From positions 1 through 17,866 of the forward strand of contig JBIKVS010000015.1 in the NCBI GenBank assembly GCA_044356725.1: 17,866 nt of DNA, read 5' to 3'. The translations under genes were made by a program, and so were the position numbers. Below are positions 1 through 7,530 of this stretch, in pieces (position 1 is the first letter of the stretch; each line of letters begins with the position of its first letter). The notes beneath the pieces are model-generated. The model saw only the letters and a program-made list of their open reading frames with translations. It did not search any database and was not told where the DNA came from. The stretch comes from Minisyncoccia bacterium (GTDB taxonomy: Bacteria; Patescibacteriota; Minisyncoccia; SW-4-49-11).

Positions 1-41
1 TCTTAGTTAATAATTTGTATCACTATTATATCTTATTCCCC

Positions 42-75
42 ATAGGAAGAGGAGCCTTACGGCTCCTCTTCCTAT
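42..75. terminator. Perfect 15-bp hairpin, probable intrinsic terminator
   Basis: ATAGGAAGAGGAGCC-TTAC-GGCTCCTCTTCCTAT, with arms at 42-56 and 61-75. It is GC-rich against an AT-rich background. The + strand U-tract is weak (TATTTAT). The loop reads GTAA (GNRA) on the minus strand. Confidence 0.55.
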
Positions 76-132
76 TTATCCTCCCTCTTCTCTCTTTCCA
101 CGATGTGTTTCATCCTGGACATATATCAATAA

Positions 133-162
133 TTGACAAAAGATGATATTTATTGGTACAAA
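133..162 (+). promoter_or_regulatory. Possible second (upstream) sigma70 promoter for the glycosyltransferase
   Basis: TTGACA at 133-138, an 18-nt spacer, then TG-g-TACAAA at 154-162. The -10 box is imperfect. Confidence 0.35.
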
Positions 163-208
163 GTTATTTGATCTTTAAGTTTTCTTGTCTCAGACATTTT
201 ATAATCTT

Positions 209-237
209 TTGACAAAACTGCTATTTTATGCTATAAT
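209..237 (+). promoter_or_regulatory. Consensus sigma70 promoter with extended -10
   Basis: TTGACA (209-214), 17-nt spacer, TG-c-TATAAT (-10 at 232-237), ending 26 nt upstream of the ATG at 264. Confidence 0.85.
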
Positions 238-263
238 CTCAACCTAAAAGAATAATTCAATTT

Positions 264-1367
264 ATGACTATAGCATTTGTTGGAACTAGAGGTCTTCTCT
301 ATCAGAGTACTCGAGATCGGAATGAATATAATTTAGAGACTATCGCTGTGCCTTTAGCGAGACGAGGACACTCTGTTTATGTAATATCAGAGCCAAATTA
401 CACGCAGGCTTCTGAGTACAAAGGGATTAATATTATTGCGACTAAACCTACTATTAGAGCTACTGTTAAAGCTTTAAGAAAAATTCCTGATTTAGAGATT
501 GTGCATATTAGGTCTTTGGAATATGCTTGGGTAGCTTTTTGGGTGGCTTTACAGATGCCTCAGGTGAGAATTATTTTTGACTACCAACAATATACTTTTG
601 CTAATACTGCTAAGAATAGACAAAAGTTTCGATTACTTACTTATATTTCTGCGAAGTTTTCAGATAGTTTAATTATTGCCAATCCGGCTCTCAAGAGTTT
701 GTTTAATCCTGCTTTCAAGTCTAAGCTATATACTATTCCTACTGGAGTTGAGATTAATAATGAGGTAGCAAATACTGACCTTAAGTCTATTTATCCTCAA
801 GACTATATTCTGGTTAATGTATCTCAATATCGTGATTCTAGAAGTTTGGAGGTGTTTATAAAAGCTTATTGTAATCATAAGTTACATCAATCTTTGGTGA
901 TTTTAGGTAAAGTTGTACCTGCAGTAAAGGAAAAATATAAAGGTAAGAATATTATTTTTGTTGGTGAGTTGAGTGGTGATACTGAAAAGTCTTTGATTAA
1001 AAATGCTAATATTTTTGTCGAGATTTCTAAAGACAATGAAGATAAGTATCCTCTATCTTTAGCGTTAGTCTCAGGCGTACCGGTACTTGCTGCAAGGGGG
1101 TTATATAATCAGAGTTTGGTTAAAAATAAGGGTATATTCTTTAGTACTTATAATTATAGCTCTATTATAACTGCTTTTAATACTATTCAAGATATGCAAG
1201 GTATATTGAATAAAATGGCTATTAATTATGTACCTGTAATTCAAGATAGATTATCTGTTGACGGGCAAGTTCATAAATATTTATACGCCTATCTTAACAC
1301 TTTCCAAAACAAGCAAGCAAGAAAACTTGTTCCTGCTACTACTTACTCTATTCCAGTTACTAATTAA
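264..1367 (+). CDS. Glycosyltransferase family 4 (GT-B fold)-like protein with degenerate catalytic motifs
   Basis: The N-terminus MTIAFVGTRG...LARRGHSVYVI, IVHI, YTIPTGV, NIIFVGEL and the C-terminal FVEIS...SGVPVLA follow the GT4 layout. 367 aa. Confidence 0.8.
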   Translation: MTIAFVGTRGLLYQSTRDRNEYNLETIAVPLARRGHSVYVISEPNYTQASEYKGINIIATKPTIRATVKALRKIPDLEIVHIRSLEYAWVAFWVALQMPQVRIIFDYQQYTFANTAKNRQKFRLLTYISAKFSDSLIIANPALKSLFNPAFKSKLYTIPTGVEINNEVANTDLKSIYPQDYILVNVSQYRDSRSLEVFIKAYCNHKLHQSLVILGKVVPAVKEKYKGKNIIFVGELSGDTEKSLIKNANIFVEISKDNEDKYPLSLALVSGVPVLAARGLYNQSLVKNKGIFFSTYNYSSIITAFNTIQDMQGILNKMAINYVPVIQDRLSVDGQVHKYLYAYLNTFQNKQARKLVPATTYSIPVTN

Positions 1368-1765
1368 ACCTTTTCAGTTGGGTTATTATCTTCTATAGAC
1401 GTATCTGTAGTCTCTTCTACTGGAGCTATATCTTGAAACTTTTGTTCGAATTCTTGGGTTAGTTTTTCGGTGATTTCGGCTTTGTGTTGTACTAATTCGG
1501 CTTTTAAATTCTCAACTTGAGTGGCGAAGATTTCACTTAATGTTGGGACATTTTCTTGTATATATTGTCCTACCAATTCGGGATTATCGTCATTGAGTAG
1601 ACTATCTAGATGCTGAGCTTGCTCTTCAGTGAGGGTGTCATAGGCGGCACTCAATACTCTTACTTCTAGAATTTGACTTAACTCATCTACTAATTGAGCT
1701 CGGTTGTCTATTGGTAAATCTTCTAGTCCTAATAGGGCGATGATATTGTCTTGTGGATTGTCCAT
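1364..1765 (-). CDS. DUF5663-like small acidic helical protein (CPR-typical)
   Basis: LLGLEDLP...LSQILEVRVL...LTEEQAQHLDSLL...YIQENVPTLSEIFATQVENLKAEL resembles the DUF5663 pattern. Its stop overlaps the convergent GT stop (TTAA 1364-1367). Confidence 0.7.
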   Translation of the reverse strand: MDNPQDNIIALLGLEDLPIDNRAQLVDELSQILEVRVLSAAYDTLTEEQAQHLDSLLNDDNPELVGQYIQENVPTLSEIFATQVENLKAELVQHKAEITEKLTQEFEQKFQDIAPVEETTDTSIEDNNPTEKV

Positions 1766-1782
1766 ATTATTGTAGTTAATTG

Positions 1783-4700
1783 TTATTGTTTGATAAGTAC
1801 TTGTCGGATGGCTTCTGGGATACCTACCATTTTACCTGGTTGTAAGAATGTGGAAAGTGGAGCTATTCTCATATTACCATTTGGTAATCTAGTATAGTTC
1901 CAAAATCCTGAAGTAGGTATTCTTCTATTCCCACTAAATTTTACCCAGTCGAACTTATGTTTAAAGTCTTCTACTGATTGAATACCCTCAAAACGTAAAT
2001 ATTCTCTAAACATTTGGACATTTTGATTGTTTGGATTTGGATTACTTACAATAGACTCATATAACCACTCTTTACCTTCTGGTGTATTGATATACACATT
2101 CAAAACTTGTTGTCCTAAGGTTGAGTCATAAGGTAAGTTCCCAACTTCACTAGCTATATATCTATTGACAGCACCTAGTAGTGAATCTCCTTCCACTAAG
2201 GATACAACATCTGCCATTTCAAATTTAGAAAAAATACTCTCGTTAATTATTTTTTCTAAATCAGCAGGGTTAATATTTTGAGATATTTCGTACATTTGTT
2301 CTGGTGTAAGACTAGCAAAATCTAGAGAGCTATTAACTCCAAATCCTTGTGATAGGAACTGCGCTCCTTCTGGAGTCTTAGCTAAAGATTTATAAATAGC
2401 TTCCCTACCATAGTCATCCAAAAAATAATTTTGGATCATATCTCTGGCTTGAATTTCTGTTAAATTAGATTTACCTAATATTTCAGATAATTCTTGAATA
2501 AATGCAGTGGGCTCAGTCGGTGCAGTAGCTTCTGGAGCTGCTGAAGGAGTAGGCTCTACAGATGGAATAGGAGCTTCGGTTGTTGATGTAGTAGTATCCA
2601 TAGACTCTGAGACATCAACTTGTGGAGGCTCTGCTGCCTCGAATGGAGTGAGATTATCTAGACTTAATTCAGTAATACCTTGTAATTCACCTGGAGCCAG
2701 GTATCTATAAATTTCATAGAGCTGTTCTTTAGATAATATAGCCATTTCACTAGCATTATCTATTCCCCATTGAGATAATAGAGCTCTTCCTCCCTCTGTA
2801 CCTTGTGCTAATTTATAAATTGAATTTTGTCCTTCTGCTGATTGTAATAGGTTTTCTACTGCTTGCTGTATCTGAGCATCTGTAGCACCCTTTAATTGTT
2901 TGGCTACTTCTGTCCAAATAGACTCTCTTGGGGTAAGATTAGAGACATCTTGAGATAATTGCTCAGATTGACTCAAAGCCTCTCCCGCTCCAGTAGGTTG
3001 AGCTTCAGGTGCTGATGGTGGTTCTCCTAAGCCACGAGTACCTGGAGTTTCTGAAGGATTAGGTGATATTGGCTCTGTAGTTGGTTTTGGAGTAACACTC
3101 TCTCCAGTATTTGCCCCTCCTGTACCACTTCCAGGTTCTGTTTTAGGTACTGAAGCTCCGGTGTCTGAAGTGTCATTTGGATTGAACATACTTCCTGGAC
3201 GATGCATATCATTTACTAATAAACTACCTAGAATTCCTGTAGTCGCTACACCTGCTACGGCGGCTATTTTCCGATTTCTCCTAAATTTATCTAATTCTTG
3301 TACTCGTTTATCTGAGATTATATTAAGTAACTCTGAGGTATATCTAGATTCACCAAAATTAAATGTCTCCGTATTGCTACTATTCACGACTTCAGTAGAA
3401 TTATTATCCTGACTGGAAGTATCTACTGATTCCTGTAGTCCATCTTGATTGGCACTAATATCTTGTGTTTGTTCTGAACTAGATTCCTGTGTATTTTGAT
3501 AATTTTCTAAAGTATTAACTCTGACTCTATGACCTAATTCAATTAGTATTTTTTCATAAGCCTTTTGTTGATCATCATTAGTAAATTTACCACCATTTAA
3601 TCTATAATAGGCTTCCAAAGTTCCTAATCTATCTTTAAGCACATCATCGCTAACTTTTTTAAAATCGTCTTCATTAGTTGACAATGATTCTTTTACTAAT
3701 TTAGGAATGACTGCTTGAAATTTAATATTTTTACCAAATATATTAATGTTTGTATCTCTATCTTCCATAAGGCCAACTAAAGTATTGTTTGCACTTACTC
3801 CAGACATAACACTTCCAAGAGCTCTTCTTGTTCCCTCTAAGGCTCCTGCTACTGGAATTCCAACTCCAGTTAAAGATAACAAACCTCCTGTAGCTAAAAG
3901 ACCTATGTTTGCCAACATCCAACGAGTTTTGTTTTTTGTCGCCCATCCTAGTAGTTTCTCTTTGGTATTATTAAATCTTTTTTCCCATGTACCTTGTAAT
4001 TCTTTAGATTGTGTAATTCTCTGTTCTCTTAAACTAATAACTTCGTTTTTGAATAACTCATGTATATTAGCCTCTTGTCCTTGTGCTACTTGTAATTTTA
4101 ATACTTTCTCAAGTTCAGTATTATAGGCATCTCTTGCCTCTATAAAAGCGTCTTCTAAATATTCATCTCCTCTTTTCCTGTTCCAAGTTTCCTCTGCTCT
4201 GGCATAAGCCAGTCTTAAATCCTCAAGTGATACTTGCGGGGTGGTTTCTCTTATCTCAGATTGCTCAGGATTTACAACTTCATCATCTTCTTTCCAATGA
4301 TACTCTGAAATATTATCTACCGCAAATATAGCTTGTTCATCCGTAAATTGTTCAAATTCTAACTGTTCTATCAACTCATTTTTAGACCAATTTTCTCTAG
4401 TTTCTGGTCTATTTTGCAAATAACTTCTAGCTCTTTTTATTGCTTCCAAATCCCAATTAATATCCATACCATCTATTGCTTGAGTAACTTGTTCATTTGT
4501 TAATCCTTCAGATTCTAGTTGTCTTATTAACTTATCACGAGAAAAACCCCAATCACTATTTAGATATCCTTCAGCTCTTTTTTTAATCTTTTTTTCATTT
4601 ATCTGTTCTATAGTAAGTCCATTTCGTATATCACTTTTAATTTCTTCTATCTCATTACTATTAATACCTGATTTTGCATATAAAGCTATTTGTTCTGGAG

Positions 4701-7452
4701 TATGTCCTGCAAGAATACCAGTAATAATCCAAGTCTGTTGCCAATATGGCAGTCCTTCATATTGACTAATATCTAAATTTGGATTTAGTTTTTTTTCTCT
4801 TTCTACAATAATTTGAGCAACTTCATATTCTGGTTTTGCATACAAAGCTATTTGTTCTGGAGTATCACCTAAATCAATAGCTTGCTTAATAAATGCTAAT
4901 TGTTCTTCACTAAATCCTATTTGTCTATATTCTTTGATAATAGCATCTTTATCTAGATTTGGACTTGTAGATTCTGTATTTAAAGTAATATTGCTACCAT
5001 CTGTAGTTTCTACTTCTGGTTGTTCTGTTCTTTCTGACCATGGATCTGGAGTTCCTACATTTCCACTAATCTCATTATTATCTTTAAGTCTATCAGCAAA
5101 TATCTGCTCAAATTCTGTTTCTCCTTTTGATTCTTCTATCCAAGGATCTTTTATAACTTTAGACGAATTATTAACTTGCTTAGTTTCATCTACTATAACT
5201 GTTTTTAAATGTTCTTTATCTAATACACCTAATAGAAAATCTGGTGTATTCTTATTGAGACCATTAATTAAATATCCCTTTGTTAAATATGAATTATAAT
5301 AACTAGGTCTATCTCTATTAGAGTATCTATCTAAATCTACATTATTCGTTATTGGTCTATTCCAATCACGAGAGGGTATTTGTTCTTTATCTTTAATAAT
5401 ATTTATATTTGTACCGAAGCCATCTTGAATGTCATTACTAATAGCACTGCTTTTGAAAGGATTAGGATAAAGAACTCTCGAAGGCCTCTTAGATTTAATT
5501 AAACTTTCTATCCTGACTGGTCGATTTAACTCAATCTCTATACCATTATCTGTTATATCTGTAATATACCCATTTTCATCAAATTTATATCCTCTTTCTT
5601 CTAAATATTGCCTAGTATCTACTCCTTCTGGGTGAGATAGTTGTATATCGCGATCTTGAGGAAGTGTAGCTATTTCTCCGTCTAAATAATGGGCTAGTTT
5701 ATATAACGCATCCCAAGCTGTTCTTTCTAATTCAAGATATCTTTTTTGTATCTCTGCATTAGAGTTATAAAAAGGAGCAGAGTGCTCACTAGCAAATTTT
5801 TGATAATCTTGTATAGCTTGTTTTGCATTTTCTGTAAATATATCAATTTTTTCTCTATCTAATCTACTACTATATTCTTGATTATTCTCTTGCTCTTGTT
5901 CTATATTAAGTTTATTAGCTGCTTCTGCGACAAGTCTAGAAAGTTCTGATTGTAATTCATCCAAATCTGGGTTTGTTGACTCAGTAACTTCAGCTTCTGG
6001 CGGTTGTTGAGAGTCTTCAGGGAACGATGCAATACTATCTGGATTAGGTTCTGTCGAAGATTGTGGCCCACTATCCTCTGATACTAAAACTTCAGGCTCA
6101 CTAGTAGTGGGTTCAGCTTCAGCATCGGGAGACATATCTCCTACATCAGCACTAGAACTTCTTCTTTTCGCTCTACCTTCTATAATAGATTCTTCTTCAG
6201 TATTTGTGTCTGGCAAGCGACCAAATGTCTGTAATGTTTCTCCAGTATTAAGGTTTTTCCATGCTTTATTACTCATATTACCATAAGTTATTTTTTCTCT
6301 TATATTTTCGTCTTCCGTTGCTTGAGTGTCATCAGTAAACATGCCTTTATTAGTATCTATTCCATAGTATTCAGCTATTGCCGATTCTCTATAGCTCAAT
6401 CTAGATTCTGGATCTTCATCATCCCAATCAACAATCTTATCACCTATTTTAATTGACTTTGAAGGTATATCTGGAAAACCTCTACTTGATATTAATTCAT
6501 CTAACTCTATCTCAGATATCCCTAATTCTGACAAATCATCTTTTATCTTAGCTAATCGCATTTCATCATTCCCGTTATATCTAGATAAATTGAATCTTGA
6601 ACCCTCCACGATATAATATTTAGACTGTGCTTCACTTTCTACAGGTATAGGTTCTACCCCCCTATCATCAGGTAAACTCTCTAGTAATTCTTCTACCTCA
6701 GCTGTAGTTTGTAGTGGATTTAATCCGTATAATTCTCTTGTGGCATTTATAAATGATAAATAATTACCTGAAATCTCATTTGATTGATGTTGTGCTTTTA
6801 TAATTGTGTCTAATTCTCCTAACTTAGGCATTACTCCTAGTTCTTTAATAGCTTCTTTAAGTTTATTATGTTCCTCTGAATCAACCTCAATATTTAACCA
6901 TTCTGGCAAATTATACCCTCTATCATAATCATTCTTATTGGCTGGACGAGTTGGGTATTGATACTTATCAACTCTTGCTTGTTGTTCTGGAGATAATTCT
7001 GGGGTTTCTGTAGTGATGATAGTATCTACTTCATCAGTTGTTGGGACATTTTTTTGTACTTCTGGGTTTATTGAATTTCCTATATTCTTATCAAGAATAC
7101 TATGTAACACCTCATCCTCTGAACTAACTTGAGTATCGTCATAATCTTCCTCTGAAATACCTGCATTTGACTCATTTGACTTTTGTTTATTAGATATTTT
7201 TTTTACAATTGTTGTGAGTTGAGATTTCCTTAAACCTTTTTGTTGTGGGTTAATTAAATCTTCGTTTTCATCAAAATATTGTCCGAGTCTAGTTTTATAT
7301 TTTTCCCCACTTAATCTTGCTGCTTGCATTACCTCAGAAACATACTCCTCTTTACTCAAATTCAAAATTGACTTAGATATTTGTCGAGATTCTGTATCTA
7401 TCCTATCATTATATCCACCAAAACCTCCTTCTATATTATTTGGACTTGCCAT
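1783..7452 (-). CDS. Giant (1889 aa) acidic modular membrane protein with tandem Ltp-like repeats and C-terminal repeats
   Basis: Uninterrupted 5.67-kb ORF with its own promoter. Ltp-like repeats at aa ~955-1053, hydrophobic segments at aa ~1179-1205 and ~1396-1413, P/T/S/E/G-rich linkers, and 3 C-terminal repeats. No N-terminal signal peptide or lipobox. Confidence 0.85.
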   Translation of the reverse strand: MASPNNIEGGFGGYNDRIDTESRQISKSILNLSKEEYVSEVMQAARLSGEKYKTRLGQYFDENEDLINPQQKGLRKSQLTTIVKKISNKQKSNESNAGISEEDYDDTQVSSEDEVLHSILDKNIGNSINPEVQKNVPTTDEVDTIITTETPELSPEQQARVDKYQYPTRPANKNDYDRGYNLPEWLNIEVDSEEHNKLKEAIKELGVMPKLGELDTIIKAQHQSNEISGNYLSFINATRELYGLNPLQTTAEVEELLESLPDDRGVEPIPVESEAQSKYYIVEGSRFNLSRYNGNDEMRLAKIKDDLSELGISEIELDELISSRGFPDIPSKSIKIGDKIVDWDDEDPESRLSYRESAIAEYYGIDTNKGMFTDDTQATEDENIREKITYGNMSNKAWKNLNTGETLQTFGRLPDTNTEEESIIEGRAKRRSSSADVGDMSPDAEAEPTTSEPEVLVSEDSGPQSSTEPNPDSIASFPEDSQQPPEAEVTESTNPDLDELQSELSRLVAEAANKLNIEQEQENNQEYSSRLDREKIDIFTENAKQAIQDYQKFASEHSAPFYNSNAEIQKRYLELERTAWDALYKLAHYLDGEIATLPQDRDIQLSHPEGVDTRQYLEERGYKFDENGYITDITDNGIEIELNRPVRIESLIKSKRPSRVLYPNPFKSSAISNDIQDGFGTNINIIKDKEQIPSRDWNRPITNNVDLDRYSNRDRPSYYNSYLTKGYLINGLNKNTPDFLLGVLDKEHLKTVIVDETKQVNNSSKVIKDPWIEESKGETEFEQIFADRLKDNNEISGNVGTPDPWSERTEQPEVETTDGSNITLNTESTSPNLDKDAIIKEYRQIGFSEEQLAFIKQAIDLGDTPEQIALYAKPEYEVAQIIVEREKKLNPNLDISQYEGLPYWQQTWIITGILAGHTPEQIALYAKSGINSNEIEEIKSDIRNGLTIEQINEKKIKKRAEGYLNSDWGFSRDKLIRQLESEGLTNEQVTQAIDGMDINWDLEAIKRARSYLQNRPETRENWSKNELIEQLEFEQFTDEQAIFAVDNISEYHWKEDDEVVNPEQSEIRETTPQVSLEDLRLAYARAEETWNRKRGDEYLEDAFIEARDAYNTELEKVLKLQVAQGQEANIHELFKNEVISLREQRITQSKELQGTWEKRFNNTKEKLLGWATKNKTRWMLANIGLLATGGLLSLTGVGIPVAGALEGTRRALGSVMSGVSANNTLVGLMEDRDTNINIFGKNIKFQAVIPKLVKESLSTNEDDFKKVSDDVLKDRLGTLEAYYRLNGGKFTNDDQQKAYEKILIELGHRVRVNTLENYQNTQESSSEQTQDISANQDGLQESVDTSSQDNNSTEVVNSSNTETFNFGESRYTSELLNIISDKRVQELDKFRRNRKIAAVAGVATTGILGSLLVNDMHRPGSMFNPNDTSDTGASVPKTEPGSGTGGANTGESVTPKPTTEPISPNPSETPGTRGLGEPPSAPEAQPTGAGEALSQSEQLSQDVSNLTPRESIWTEVAKQLKGATDAQIQQAVENLLQSAEGQNSIYKLAQGTEGGRALLSQWGIDNASEMAILSKEQLYEIYRYLAPGELQGITELSLDNLTPFEAAEPPQVDVSESMDTTTSTTEAPIPSVEPTPSAAPEATAPTEPTAFIQELSEILGKSNLTEIQARDMIQNYFLDDYGREAIYKSLAKTPEGAQFLSQGFGVNSSLDFASLTPEQMYEISQNINPADLEKIINESIFSKFEMADVVSLVEGDSLLGAVNRYIASEVGNLPYDSTLGQQVLNVYINTPEGKEWLYESIVSNPNPNNQNVQMFREYLRFEGIQSVEDFKHKFDWVKFSGNRRIPTSGFWNYTRLPNGNMRIAPLSTFLQPGKMVGIPEAIRQVLIKQ
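4672..4865. repeat. 32-bp direct repeat (31/32 identical), 162-nt period, encoding TPEQIALYAK twice
   Basis: ttttgcataTaaagctatttgttctggagtat (4672-4703) versus ttttgcataCaaagctatttgttctggagtat (4834-4865). Confidence 0.9.
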
Positions 7453-7486
7453 ATATTAGATATTTATTTTTATACTGTATAATTCT

Positions 7487-7515
7487 ATTATATCATATTT
7501 TTTAATTTTTAGCAA
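7487..7515 (-). promoter_or_regulatory. Sigma70 promoter for the giant-protein gene
   Basis: Minus strand TTGCTA (7515-7510), 17-nt spacer, TG-a-TATAAT (-10 at 7492-7487). Confidence 0.75.
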
Positions 7516-7530
7516 ATGTTTGTGTATGAA

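Noticed and set aside
4578-4796. A7-A8 homopolymer runs in the giant gene as phase-variation sites
   Set aside because: Runs of this length encoding Lys/Glu are expected in AT-rich DNA, and the frame is intact.
2507-5299. Short ORFs overlapping the giant gene (2507-2710, 3027-3212, 3161-3412, 3746-4126, 3758-3946, 4934-5299)
   Set aside because: Antisense or off-frame shadows of a long coding sequence, with no recognisable motifs.
1783-7452. Prophage or phage tape-measure interpretation of the giant ORF
   Set aside because: No integrase, structural or other phage genes and no att repeats in the window. The acidic, Pro-rich linkers do not fit a tape-measure protein.
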